A stretch of 64,000 bases of DNA from Candidatus Eiseniibacteriota bacterium (GTDB lineage: Bacteria > Joyebacterota > Joyebacteria > Joyebacterales > Joyebacteraceae): the NCBI GenBank assembly GCA_043819135.1, contig JBDRFG010000106.1, positions 67,612 to 131,611 on the forward strand, given 5' to 3'. A program made the position numbers and the translations under genes. Every line of letters starts with the position of its first letter. Position 1 is the stretch's first letter. Below are positions 1-9,599 of this stretch, in pieces. The notes below the pieces were generated by a model. It was not told the origin of the DNA, made no database searches, and was given only the letters and a program-made list of their open reading frames with translations.

Positions 1-2
1 TC

Positions 3-1016
3 GTGCGCGCGGCGGCTCTCAGTTCGTGCACGGCCGGGCTGCACCTCGGCATGATAGCGCTAGGCGTGGAGGAGGGGGACGAGGTCATCCTCCCCGCGCT
101 CAACTTCGTCGCGGGGCCGAACTGCGCGATCCACGTGGGCGCCACTCCGGTGCTGGTCGACGTGGACCCTGAGTCGCTCAACGTGACGCCCGAGATCCTG
201 GCCGGCGCCATCACGGAGCGCACGAAGCTCATCGTGCCGGTGCACTTCGGGGGAAGACCCGTCGACATCGACGGCATCATGGATGTCGCGCGATCGAGGG
301 GCGTCGCGGTGCTCGGCGATGCCGCCCACGCCATGGGAGCGCACTACGACGACCGAAGCGTCGGATCCGTCGCGCACGCCACGTCGTTCAGCTTCTACGT
401 GACCAAGGGCATCACAACGGGCGAGGGCGGGATCCTGACCTCGCCGAACGCCGATCTGGTCGAGCGTGTAGGGGTCCTGAGCCTTCACGGCATGAGCAGC
501 GGGGCCTGGAATCGCTACTCCGAACGCGGGTCGTGGTTCTACGAGGTGAACGAGCCCGGCCACAAGTACAACATGAACGACATGCAGGCGGCCCTCGGCA
601 TACATCAGATGGAGAAGGTCGACCACTTCCGGGTCAGGCGCGAGGAGATCGCGCGGATATACGACGACGGATTCAGCGCCGAGGAGGGGGTCAAGGCCCC
701 GTCGTGGTGCGACTCGTGCCGGCACGCGTGGCACCTGTATGCCATCCAGCTCGACCCGGAGCTGCTCAGCGTCGATCGCGACTCATTCATCAGGTCCCTC
801 GGCGACGAAGGAGTAGGGGCGAGCGTTCACTTCATCCCGATCCACTACCACAGCTATTACAGCCGCAGGCTCGACTATGGGCGCGGCAGCTTCCCGGTTA
901 CTGAATCGTTCTTCGAGCGCACCGTGTCGCTTCCCATCTACCCGTCCATGAGCGACGCCGACGCGAACGACGTCGTCGTGGCAGTGAGGAAGCTGCTCGA
1001 CTACTACAGGAAGTAG
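3..1016 (+). CDS. DegT/DnrJ/EryC1/StrS-family PLP-dependent sugar aminotransferase (5' end truncated by window edge)
   Basis: ORF runs from the window edge. Protein shows fold-type I aminotransferase features typical of nucleotide-sugar aminotransferases (GxTxxGEGG-like TKGITTGEGG, SFSFY). Genomic context with glycosyltransferases. Confidence 0.8.
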   Translation: MRAAALSSCTAGLHLGMIALGVEEGDEVILPALNFVAGPNCAIHVGATPVLVDVDPESLNVTPEILAGAITERTKLIVPVHFGGRPVDIDGIMDVARSRGVAVLGDAAHAMGAHYDDRSVGSVAHATSFSFYVTKGITTGEGGILTSPNADLVERVGVLSLHGMSSGAWNRYSERGSWFYEVNEPGHKYNMNDMQAALGIHQMEKVDHFRVRREEIARIYDDGFSAEEGVKAPSWCDSCRHAWHLYAIQLDPELLSVDRDSFIRSLGDEGVGASVHFIPIHYHSYYSRRLDYGRGSFPVTESFFERTVSLPIYPSMSDADANDVVVAVRKLLDYYRK

Positions 1017-1053
1017 CCCGGAAGCGGCGACCTGACGATATCGCACGAAAGAG

Positions 1054-2040
1054 GTGGCTCTAACGTTGGACATCGAGGCAGCAACCGACGTCATTCCAAG
1101 GGAGTGGAGCCGTCTCGTCGCCGAAGACGAGGCCGCGACGTTCTTCCACACGCTGGAATGGTCTGACGTTCTGACCTCTACGCTGCCGGGCTTCCGACGC
1201 GCGCACCTCTCCGCCAGTGAGAGCGGGGAGGTGCTCGCGCTCCTGCCCGCGCTCAGTCGTCCCAGACTCCAGGCCACCACGCTCGAATCGATGGCCTTCG
1301 GGACCTTCGGAGGCCCCGTGCTTGGCGCCGGGGCGCCGGCGAACGCCGCCAGTGCGTTGCTCGCGGAATTCGTCAGCGCAGCGGCGTCGCTTCGCGTCGG
1401 CCTCGCGCAGCTTGTGGATCGCTCCGGTCGCATCGAGGAATCCGACCTGCCGGGCTTCGAGCGTGTCAACGACCGCGTACAGATCGTGCGACTGGACGCG
1501 AGCTACGATGAGCTCAAGACGCGATTCAAGCCGTCGGCACGGAACAAGATCCGGAAGGCCATGAAGGCCGGCGTGGTCATCAGGCGCGCGGAGTCGGAAG
1601 CGGACTTCCTCGCATACCACGCGGTCCTCGAGGAGTGCAGTCGCGAGTGGCAGATCAGACCTCGCCCCGGGCCCGAGTTCTTCAGCGCTCTGTCGAGGCT
1701 TGATGCAGAAGCAGTTCAGATGTGGCTCGCGGTTCAGGACGGTGACGTACTGGCGGGAGATCTAAACTTCGCGCTCCACGGCACCGTGATGAACTGGGGC
1801 AACGTCTCGACCGACGCCGCCAAGTCACTGGCGCCGAACAACCTCCTGCACGCCAACGCCATCGAACAGGGCGTGCTCGACGGACACCACACCTACGACC
1901 TGGGATCGAGCGGCGGGATCGGGGGCGTCAGGGCGTTCAAGGCCTCGTTCGGGACGGTGGACGTTCCCGTGCGCAGATTCGTGCTGGAGAAGGGCTGGTA
2001 TCGCGCTGCCAGGAACGCGGCGCGGCGCCTGTCGAACTGA
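1054..2040 (+). CDS. FemAB-like / GNAT-superfamily aminoacyl or acyl transferase (Acetyltransf_6-like)
   Basis: 328 aa ORF immediately after DegT. Composition resembles the FemAB/BioF2-like family often found in sugar-modification clusters. GTG at 1054 with a closely spaced GA-rich RBS; TTG at 1066 is an alternative start. Confidence 0.5.
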   Translation: MALTLDIEAATDVIPREWSRLVAEDEAATFFHTLEWSDVLTSTLPGFRRAHLSASESGEVLALLPALSRPRLQATTLESMAFGTFGGPVLGAGAPANAASALLAEFVSAAASLRVGLAQLVDRSGRIEESDLPGFERVNDRVQIVRLDASYDELKTRFKPSARNKIRKAMKAGVVIRRAESEADFLAYHAVLEECSREWQIRPRPGPEFFSALSRLDAEAVQMWLAVQDGDVLAGDLNFALHGTVMNWGNVSTDAAKSLAPNNLLHANAIEQGVLDGHHTYDLGSSGGIGGVRAFKASFGTVDVPVRRFVLEKGWYRAARNAARRLSN

Positions 2041-2097
2041 GGCCGCGCGCGGAGGGAACACCCGGCGGGTTCTTCTGACAACTGGGGAGGCGACAGC

Positions 2098-3384
2098 ATG
2101 AAGTCCAGCGCCAGGATAGTCCTGCTCGTGGCCATCGCGGTCCACGTCCTGTTCCTGGCGTCGCTGGTAGACCCCGGCCACTTCCTGAACCCGCTCTTCC
2201 CCGAGGGCATGCACAACCTGGGCGAGGGGCAGGGAAGCGACTTCTACGCGTTCTACCAGGCCGGGCGCTACGTCCTCGACAACGAGAGCATCTACACGAG
2301 ACCGATGGAGGATCCCGACCGCGTCGTACCGTACGCGTACTTCTACCGCTACCTTCCCTTCGTGGCGTACTCGATCGGTGTCGCGGCCAACGCCGTGGCG
2401 CCGAAGGTCGCCTACTGGATCTGGGTCGCTCTCATCGAGCTTGTCCTCGCGCTCTGCATAGTCGGCACGAGGGGAATCACGCGGGACGCGACCCTGTTCG
2501 CGCATCTCACGGCGATGTGGCTCATGTACACTCCGTTCTACATGGAGCAGTACATGGGGCAGCTCACCTTCGCCACGGCCGCGATGTCCTTCGGCTTCGC
2601 CGTGATGCACCTCCGGGGGAGGGCGCTCGCGGCGGACGGCTGGTGGTGGGCCAGCGTTGTCATCAAGCACCTGTCGGTGCTCTACGTTCCCATCCTGCTC
2701 AGGCTGCGGAAGTACCGGACCATCGCCATCGCGGTGCTGCTGCTGCTCGTGACCACCATTCCCTACTTCCTGCTCCGCGGTCACGGAACCGGCCATTTCA
2801 CTCACGACAACTTCAGCCTGAACCTCGATCCGTATACGGGGAACATGGGCGCCGTCGCCTTCTTCATGGTCCTCAAGGAACGCTTCTTCCCGCTGGCGTC
2901 ACAGGCGTTCGGGCAGCTCGGTCCGATCAAGCTGTCCATCACGCGACTGGGCGTGGGGATGGTCATGGGCGTGCCCGTGGTCGCCAGCCTGTGGGTGACC
3001 TTCCGGCGCAGGCCGTTCGACTTCCTCGAGTCCTTCGCGCTCTGGACCATGGTGTACTTCTTCGTGTTCAGAGAGGTGTGGGAGTACCACTACGTGCTCC
3101 TGATACCCGTCTTCGTGCTGCTCTACGCCAGGACGCGAGCGCGCGTGCTCTGGTTCATCTTCGCGCTCACCGCGGCTCCTACGCTGTTCATTCTCTACGA
3201 TGTTCCCGGCGCGAACCCCTCAGAAGCGTGGGAAGCGTGGAGCGCGTTCGAGCACGTCCTCAACCACGGCTTCAAGCTGATACCCGTGGTGTGGCTCTTC
3301 GTGTGGGTGGCCGCGGGCTACCTTCGCCGCCACTCGAAACTCGTGGAATCCCGGATGGACACCGGAGTCGACCTGGTCTTCTAG
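2098..3384 (+). CDS. polytopic integral membrane protein (DUF2029 / GT87-like glycosyltransferase or polymerase candidate)
   Basis: 428 aa with about 10-12 hydrophobic helices. GGGGAGG RBS 8 nt upstream of the ATG. Sits inside the glycosyltransferase cluster. Confidence 0.5.
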   Translation: MKSSARIVLLVAIAVHVLFLASLVDPGHFLNPLFPEGMHNLGEGQGSDFYAFYQAGRYVLDNESIYTRPMEDPDRVVPYAYFYRYLPFVAYSIGVAANAVAPKVAYWIWVALIELVLALCIVGTRGITRDATLFAHLTAMWLMYTPFYMEQYMGQLTFATAAMSFGFAVMHLRGRALAADGWWWASVVIKHLSVLYVPILLRLRKYRTIAIAVLLLLVTTIPYFLLRGHGTGHFTHDNFSLNLDPYTGNMGAVAFFMVLKERFFPLASQAFGQLGPIKLSITRLGVGMVMGVPVVASLWVTFRRRPFDFLESFALWTMVYFFVFREVWEYHYVLLIPVFVLLYARTRARVLWFIFALTAAPTLFILYDVPGANPSEAWEAWSAFEHVLNHGFKLIPVVWLFVWVAAGYLRRHSKLVESRMDTGVDLVF

Positions 3385-3454
3385 CAGGCTCACGGCGAGG
3401 CTGGAAACGCGGCCCGCGGGACGCCCTCGCGACGGCCGAGGCGGAATCGACATC

Positions 3455-4573
3455 ATGCGAATCGCGTATCTCTCGATTGGCGGGCACATACACACCGAGC
3501 GGTGGCTCCGCTTTTTCGTGGAGCGCGGCCACGACGTCCATCTGATGACGGTCCAGCCCGTTCCGATAGAGGGTGTGAAGCTGTACGACATCCGCACCGG
3601 CATTGCCGCGAAGCCGATCCACTATGCGGTGGCGCTCAGGAAGGTCAAGCGGATACTGGCGGAGATCAAACCCGACCTCCTGCACACGCACTTCCTCACC
3701 GGCTACGGCTACTGGGGAGCCTTTTCGGGCTTCCACCCGAACGTGCTGACCGTCTGGGGCGACGACGTGTATCTGACGCCGCACGCGTCCTTCCTGAAGG
3801 GGAAGCTGGCGCGCGCGGCGCTCAGACGCGCAGACCTCGTGACGGGAGACTCCGAGGACATCCTGGAACAGGCCGCCGCCATGGGCGCGCCGCGGGACGC
3901 ATGTCACGTCATCCAATGGGGCGTGGACCTGACCGCTTTCAGGCCGGACGCACCCTCAGACGTAAGGGAGCGGCTGGGGATCCCCCCTGACTCGCCCGTG
4001 GTCATCAGCATCAGGAGCTTCACGCAGCCCTACTACAACATCGACGTCATCGTGCGAGCGATCCCCGGGATACTCGAGAAGCGGCCGGACACGCACTTCA
4101 TAGTCGCCGGGAACGAGGGCGACGACGCCGAGTTCAGGGCGCTGGCGGTAGAACTCGCCATAGACGAGAGAGCGCACTTCGTGGGCAAGATACCTCACGA
4201 GGATCTTCCGGGGTACCTCGTGACAACCGACGCGTTCCTGAGCGTCCCGTCCGTCGACGCGACCGCGGTGTCGCTGCTCGAGGCCATGGCGTGCGGGACT
4301 CCCGTCGTCGTGTCAAGTCTGGATTCCGCGCTCGAGTGGGTGACCGACGGCGTGAATGGGCTCGTCGTGCCCCCGCGCGACCAGGCCGCTCTCGAGGCCG
4401 CCATTCTGTCGCTGATCGACTCCCCGGAGCGCAGGAGGGAGTTCGGAGCCGTCAGCGCCGCGATAACGAGGGAGCGGGCCGACCACAACGCGCACATGGC
4501 GAGGATGGAAAAACTCTGCTTCGAGTTGGTGGAGCGCTGGAGGAAGAGCGGTGGAGCCAGGCAGCTCGGTTAG
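3455..4573 (+). CDS. glycosyltransferase family 4 (group 1)
   Basis: 372 aa; N-terminal Rossmann-like domain (MRIAYLSIGGHIHTERW) and a C-terminal EX7E-type GT-B region (LLEAMACGTPVV). Confidence 0.75.
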   Translation: MRIAYLSIGGHIHTERWLRFFVERGHDVHLMTVQPVPIEGVKLYDIRTGIAAKPIHYAVALRKVKRILAEIKPDLLHTHFLTGYGYWGAFSGFHPNVLTVWGDDVYLTPHASFLKGKLARAALRRADLVTGDSEDILEQAAAMGAPRDACHVIQWGVDLTAFRPDAPSDVRERLGIPPDSPVVISIRSFTQPYYNIDVIVRAIPGILEKRPDTHFIVAGNEGDDAEFRALAVELAIDERAHFVGKIPHEDLPGYLVTTDAFLSVPSVDATAVSLLEAMACGTPVVVSSLDSALEWVTDGVNGLVVPPRDQAALEAAILSLIDSPERRREFGAVSAAITRERADHNAHMARMEKLCFELVERWRKSGGARQLG

Positions 4574-5507
4574 CGTCATCATTCCCACGTTCAGGAAGCG
4601 GGCGTTCCTCGAGCCGACGCTGTCCTCGCTCGCGACTCAGACGTATCCCGCTGGTCTGACGGAAGTGGTCGTCGTCGACGACTGCTCAGACGACGGCAGC
4701 TTCAGGCATCTTCAGTCGCTCGTCACCCCCTACAGCCTGGTTCCGATCCGACACGAGGTCAACAAGGGGAGGGCCGCCGCGCGCAACACTGCCATCCGCG
4801 CCGCGACGGGCGACCTTGTTGTCTTCGTGGACGATGACATGCGCTGCGAGCCCGATTTCCTGGAGCAACACGTCCGCTTTCACGATGCGAATCCGGACGC
4901 CGTGGCCATCGGCAGCGCCATCACGGCGCCGGAACTCGGACACAGGACGGTGTTTTCATACCTCGACGAGATGGGAGTGCACCGGCTGTCACCGGGTTCG
5001 GTTTCTCCCGCCCGTTACTTCGTGACTAACAACGCGTCGGTCGAGCGACGGCATCTTCTCGATGTCGGGCTGTTAGACGAGACGTTCACGCGTTACGGCT
5101 TCGAGGACACGGAGCTGGCGTTCCGCCTGGAAGATGACGCGGGCCTCCGGTTCATGTACTGCGCTGCGGCCGTGGCCTACCACCTGCACGACCAGACGCT
5201 CGGCGACGTACTCGAGAAGCGCATAGACAGCGCGGGGCCGCTGCTGCGCCTTCTCGCAAAGCACCCCCATCGCGCTCACGAGCTTTCGGCGGACCTGCTC
5301 TTGCCGCCTGCGCCGGGGGACCCCGTTAACCTGCGCTTGCGCAAACTCCTGGTCGCGATGGCCACGAACAGAGTCTTCTACACACTGGTCAGGTCGCTCG
5401 CGGGCGCCATGTGGCTCCGCGGACTGTCCCGTGACGTGATGGTCTACCTTATCGCATGCCAGTACCGTCGCGGACTGCGCCTGGTCTCGAGGGAGGCCCC
5501 CGCCTGA
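4551..5507 (+). CDS. glycosyltransferase family 2
   Basis: SVIIPTFRK...VVVVDDCSDDGS and a DxD-like VDDD motif. GTG start with GGAGGAAGAG RBS. Overlaps the GT4 gene by 23 nt. Confidence 0.75.
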   Translation: MEPGSSVSVIIPTFRKRAFLEPTLSSLATQTYPAGLTEVVVVDDCSDDGSFRHLQSLVTPYSLVPIRHEVNKGRAAARNTAIRAATGDLVVFVDDDMRCEPDFLEQHVRFHDANPDAVAIGSAITAPELGHRTVFSYLDEMGVHRLSPGSVSPARYFVTNNASVERRHLLDVGLLDETFTRYGFEDTELAFRLEDDAGLRFMYCAAAVAYHLHDQTLGDVLEKRIDSAGPLLRLLAKHPHRAHELSADLLLPPAPGDPVNLRLRKLLVAMATNRVFYTLVRSLAGAMWLRGLSRDVMVYLIACQYRRGLRLVSREAPA

Positions 5508-6089
5508 CCCGGCCGACCCCGCCCGACTTGTCAGCCGCGCCTGCTCCAGCTGACGCGGCCGACCCGGACCGACCTTCCGACGCGGCAGACGATGCGAAGC
5601 GCCACAGTCTTGCAAAATGAAACAACCTGTGCGCCAGTTGCGTGCCCGCGTTCGCTGGAACCTCCGCCCCGCGACCTGCCGACCGCTCGACAATCCGCCC
5701 CATGAAGACCCTCTGGACCCCACAGAACCGCTCTGAGCCGCTCGCGTTGCCCTTTGGGTGTCTGGGCACGCTTCCTGCTCTATGTGCCCCCGACAACTAA
5801 ATAGGGACATGCGTCCCCTGCCATGCTCGTGAGCAGTCACCAGGTCGTGGGCTGATCCCCATACCCAGAGAATGAGTTCTACGCTACCTGATTGCACGGC
5901 ATGAAAGCGGGGGACGCGTTATTGTACCCCTGTCTCGTCCGGTCTCGCGTGCCGCAGGAGCCGCCGGGACCGGCAGGAGCCGACCACGGCCCGAGAGCCC
6001 GGACCGTCGCACCTCCAGGCGTCCTGCCGGCCGCACGAGCGTTTCGCTCCACCTGCCAGACCATCCCCAGATAGCCGCTTGCGTTTCCG

Positions 6090-6118
6090 TTGACAGCATT
6101 TGTGCCCGGTGCTAGACT
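6090..6118 (+). promoter_or_regulatory. sigma70-like promoter candidate for the BMC operon (TTGACA-N17-TAGACT)
   Basis: TTGACA at 6090-6095, 17-nt spacer, TAGACT at 6113-6118, about 95 nt upstream of the pduL start. Lies in an otherwise gene-free 700 bp region. Confidence 0.4.
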
Positions 6119-6213
6119 CTCGCTCATCCGGGGGCGGAAGCCGCGCTCGTCTGTGGAGTTGCGGCATCTGGTTCCCAAATTTGGTTTACCTCTGAGGTCC
6201 GTGAGGACGCCGG

Positions 6214-6951
6214 ATGGACGATGTCGAAAGGCTGGCTTCTGAGGTCCTGAGAAGGCTCAAGGGCAACGAACCCCGCGGCGGCGAGTCCGGTGTGGGCAAG
6301 CCTCAGGCGGACCAGTCGCGCGACGGCGGGTCGCCGAGCAGAGACGAGAGGGGCGGCCAGACGGGGGCCGGCGAAACTTCCTCGGGTATCCCGGTGACCG
6401 TGTCCGGGCGCCACATGCACATATCGAGGGGCGTCCTGGACCGGCTGTTCGGGGAGGGGTTCCAGCTGACCACGCTTCGCGACCTCGGTCAGCCCGGGGA
6501 ATTCGCCTCCGAGCAGACGGTGACCGTCGTTGGACGCTCGATGAAGGCCCTGGAGCGCGTGCGCGTGCTGGGGCCCGTGCGCACCTACACGCAGGTCGAG
6601 CTGTCCGGAACCGATGCCGTGCGCCTCGGGATCGAACCACCCGTAAGGAGATCCGGCGACCTCGTCGGAAGCGAGGGTGTCACGGTGGTCGGGCCGTCCG
6701 GATCGGTGCAGCTCAAAGAGGGCGCGATCATGTCGACCCGTCACGTTCACATGACCGAGCGTGACGCGAGGGAGTACGGGGTCGCCGACGGCGATCTTGT
6801 AAGAATGCGTTTCCCCGGCGACCGGGCAGTGGTTCTCGAGAAGGTACTGATCCGCGTCGGCAAGAGCGCGGCGCTTGAGCTTCACGTGGATACCGACGAT
6901 GCCAACGCCGCCGGAGTGCGGCTGCCGATGACCGTGAAGATCCTCAGCTGA
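6214..6951 (+). CDS. pduL: phosphate propanoyl/acyl-transferase PduL (BMC-associated phosphotransacylase) with N-terminal encapsulation peptide and long Gly/Ser/Arg linker
   Basis: Two PduL-type repeats with GRHMHIS and TRHVHMT metal-binding motifs and a C-terminal HVDTDDANAAG. N-terminal amphipathic helix VERLASEVLRRLKG followed by about 40 aa of low-complexity linker. GAGGA RBS. Confidence 0.85.
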   Translation: MDDVERLASEVLRRLKGNEPRGGESGVGKPQADQSRDGGSPSRDERGGQTGAGETSSGIPVTVSGRHMHISRGVLDRLFGEGFQLTTLRDLGQPGEFASEQTVTVVGRSMKALERVRVLGPVRTYTQVELSGTDAVRLGIEPPVRRSGDLVGSEGVTVVGPSGSVQLKEGAIMSTRHVHMTERDAREYGVADGDLVRMRFPGDRAVVLEKVLIRVGKSAALELHVDTDDANAAGVRLPMTVKILS

Positions 6952-6987
6952 TCTGACGGGCTCGTGCATATGGGGGAGGTGTGACAC

Positions 6988-7263
6988 TTGTCAGGCCTTG
7001 CACTGGGAATGGTCGAAACTAAGGGCGTGATAGGACTCATCGAGGCCACCGACGCCATGGTGAAGACCGCGAACGTTGTGTTGACGAAGTACGAGAAGAT
7101 AGGTGGGGGCTACGTAACGACGCTGGTCAGAGGCGACGTTGGCGCGGTCAAGGCGGCGGTGGCGGCGGGTGCGGAGGCCGCGCAGAAGATCGGCGAGTTG
7201 GTCTCCTACCACGTGATACCGGCGCCTCACGAAATGCTGGAGGATATACTGCTCAAACCGTAG
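6988..7263 (+). CDS. BMC-H shell protein (PduA/EutM-like hexamer, Pfam00936)
   Basis: [25 protein letters not shown]...[17 protein letters not shown] is a canonical BMC domain. TTG start with GGGGGAGG RBS 8 nt upstream. Confidence 0.9.
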   Translation: MSGLALGMVETKGVIGLIEATDAMVKTANVVLTKYEKIGGGYVTTLVRGDVGAVKAAVAAGAEAAQKIGELVSYHVIPAPHEMLEDILLKP

Positions 7264-7344
7264 GCGGTCCGACAGCGTCGTTTCACAGCTGACACTGCTG
7301 GAAGTGCTGTGACGGACAACACAATTCGGTCACAGGAGGAAGCA

Positions 7345-7641
7345 ATGGGCGAAGCCCTTGGTATGATCGAAACGCGCGGTTTCATTGGCATGGTCGAGGC
7401 ATCCGACGCCATGGTCAAGGCCGCCCAGGTCACGCTGGTGCACTACGAGAAGGTGGGCGGAGGCTATGTCACCGCTCTCGTCAGAGGCGACGTGGCGGCG
7501 GTCAGGGCTGCCGTGGACGCCGGAACCGCCGCGGCCAGCAAGGTCGGCGAGCTGATCTCCACGCACGTCATCCCGAAGCCTCATGAGAGCCTCGAGGACG
7601 TGCTGCCCATCGGCAAGACGTCCAGAGCGAAGGCCAAGTAG
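7345..7641 (+). CDS. BMC-H shell protein (PduA/EutM-like) with short basic C-terminal tail
   Basis: [29 protein letters not shown]... canonical BMC domain. AGGAGG RBS 7 nt upstream of the ATG at 7345; the track ORF starts earlier at 7309. Confidence 0.9.
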   Translation: MGEALGMIETRGFIGMVEASDAMVKAAQVTLVHYEKVGGGYVTALVRGDVAAVRAAVDAGTAAASKVGELISTHVIPKPHESLEDVLPIGKTSRAKAK

Positions 7642-7743
7642 CGGCGACTCCGTGTGCCTTCGGGACGGCCCGGGCGCGGCGGCTCGACAGGCGCCGCTTT
7701 AGCCATCCGATGTCCGTGTGCCCCAACGGGGCGAGAGCGAGCT

Positions 7744-8031
7744 ATGAATCTCGGTAAAGTCGTAGGGACCGTGGTCTCGACCAGGAAGGACGAGAAGCTG
7801 GTCGGCACGAAGCTTCTGGTCGTCAGACAGATTGATCCTTCGGGAAGCGAGACAGGGACGTTCGTCGTGGCCGTGGATGCGGTCGGCGCCGGAACGGGGG
7901 AGGTCGTGCTGTACGCCAGCGGAAGCTCCGCGAGGCAGACGACGCTGACCCAGGACAGGCCCGCCGACGCGGTCATCATGGCGATCGTCGACGCGATCGA
8001 GATCGGGGGCGAGGTACTCTACACCAAGTAG
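7744..8031 (+). CDS. BMC-P vertex pentamer protein (EutN/CcmL/PduN family)
   Basis: [27 protein letters not shown]...[13 protein letters not shown] matches the EutN_CcmL fold. Internal ATG at 7744 of the longer track ORF. Confidence 0.85.
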   Translation: MNLGKVVGTVVSTRKDEKLVGTKLLVVRQIDPSGSETGTFVVAVDAVGAGTGEVVLYASGSSARQTTLTQDRPADAVIMAIVDAIEIGGEVLYTK

Positions 8032-8134
8032 CCTCATTGCGGCGATCCCGGATGGGGAGGAGGTCCGATCAGCCTGTGGGCGCGGAGCTTCTGTCTCTGT
8101 GGGATCGCTGCACTGTATCGGGGACGGCCAGTCC

Positions 8135-9568
8135 ATGGGCAAGGACGAAGCGGGAATCGGAGCGATAGTCGACCAGGTGGTCGGTGAGCTCAAGGCGAAG
8201 GGAGTGCAGGTCGCGGCTCCCGAGTGCCCGCTGCCGTTCGACGGCAGGGGCATCCTTGCGGACATCGACAGCGCCGTGTCGGCGGCGCAGCGCAGCCTGG
8301 CGGAATCGCGCGAAATGCCCATGGCCATCAGGGAGGCCGCGGTCGCTTCGATGAGACGCGCCATACTCTCGAACCTCGACCGCCTCTCGAGAATGGCCGT
8401 GGACGAGACCGGCCTGGGCCGTTTCGAGGACAAGGTGCGCAAGAACCGCCTGGTCGCGACCAACACGCCGGGCACGGAGGACCTCCGACCGATCGCCTAC
8501 TCGGGCGATCACGGCCTCACTCTCGTCGAGCGCGCCCCCTACGGCATCATCGGTTCGATCACCCCTTCCACGAACCCGACCGAGACCATCATCGGCAACG
8601 CCATCAGCATGGTAGCGGGCGGCAACGTCGTAGTGTTCAATCCGCACCCGAGCGCCCGAGCGGTCTCGCTGACTTGCATCGATCTGCTCAACCGCGCCAT
8701 CACCGAGGCCGGAGGACCGCGCGCGCTCCTTCTGACGGTGGGTTCACCCTCGATCGAGACCGCGCAGGCTCTGATGGCTCACGAAGGCGTTCGCCTTCTC
8801 GTGGTAACGGGCGGGCCGGGCGTGGTCAGAGCGGCCATGCAGTCGGGCAAGAAGGTGGTGGCCGCCGGACCCGGCAATCCGCCTGTTGTGGTGGACGAGA
8901 CCGCGGACATCGCACGGGCCGGACGCGACATCGTCGCGGGAGCCAGCCTGGACAACAACATCGTCTGCATCGCCGAGAAGGAGATAGTCGCCGTCCGCGG
9001 CATTGTGCCGCAGCTCAAGGATGCCATGACCGACGCCGGAGGCGTCGAGGTCAAAGGCAGGGCCGCGGAGCGCCTGACCGATCTCATCGTGGAGAAGGAC
9101 GCGGGGAAAGGCAAGCCATCGAGCCTCAACCGCCGCCTCATAGGCAAGGACGTCAGCGTCATCCTCGAGGAGGCCGGACTGCCGTGCCCGGCGGGCTCCC
9201 GCCTCGCCTTCTTCGACGCCGACAGCTCGCACCCGCTTGTGTGGTCCGAGCAGATGATGCCGGTCATTCCGCTGGTGACAGTCGAGACCGCCGACGAGGC
9301 GATCAGCTTCGCCAAAGAGGTCGAGCGCGCATTCGGTCACACCGCGGTGATGCACTCGAGGAACATCGCCAATCTCTCGAGAATGGCCAGGCTCATGGAC
9401 GTCTCCATATTCGTCAAGAACGGCCCGTCCTACGCGGGCCTCGGGTTCGGTGGAGAGGGATTCACCACCTTCACGATCGCAAGCCCGACGGGAGAGGGTC
9501 TCACGCGGGCATCAACGTTCACGCGCGAGCGCCGGTGCACGCTCGTCGACTACTTCCGCATAATCTAG
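8135..9568 (+). CDS. CoA-acylating aldehyde dehydrogenase (PduP/EutE-like) with N-terminal encapsulation peptide
   Basis: ALDH-superfamily features with a catalytic Cys region (NNIVCIAEKE) and EutE-like length. N-terminal amphipathic helix GIGAIVDQVVGELKAKG ahead of the catalytic domain. Located in the BMC operon. Confidence 0.85.
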   Translation: MGKDEAGIGAIVDQVVGELKAKGVQVAAPECPLPFDGRGILADIDSAVSAAQRSLAESREMPMAIREAAVASMRRAILSNLDRLSRMAVDETGLGRFEDKVRKNRLVATNTPGTEDLRPIAYSGDHGLTLVERAPYGIIGSITPSTNPTETIIGNAISMVAGGNVVVFNPHPSARAVSLTCIDLLNRAITEAGGPRALLLTVGSPSIETAQALMAHEGVRLLVVTGGPGVVRAAMQSGKKVVAAGPGNPPVVVDETADIARAGRDIVAGASLDNNIVCIAEKEIVAVRGIVPQLKDAMTDAGGVEVKGRAAERLTDLIVEKDAGKGKPSSLNRRLIGKDVSVILEEAGLPCPAGSRLAFFDADSSHPLVWSEQMMPVIPLVTVETADEAISFAKEVERAFGHTAVMHSRNIANLSRMARLMDVSIFVKNGPSYAGLGFGGEGFTTFTIASPTGEGLTRASTFTRERRCTLVDYFRII

Positions 9569-9599
9569 CGCGCGCGTAGCGGCCGCGACGGAGGACGAG

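Noticed and set aside
60-2805. Minus-strand ORFs (60-734, 783-1469, 1060-1620, 1825-2805) overlapping the DegT, FemAB-like and membrane-protein genes
   Set aside because: Antisense to + strand genes that have homology or RBS support. They are Arg-rich and carry no recognisable domains.
8224-9579. 451-aa +1-frame ORF overlapping the aldehyde dehydrogenase gene
   Set aside because: Alternative frame of a gene with clear ALDH homology. The product is an Arg/Gly-rich nonsense sequence.
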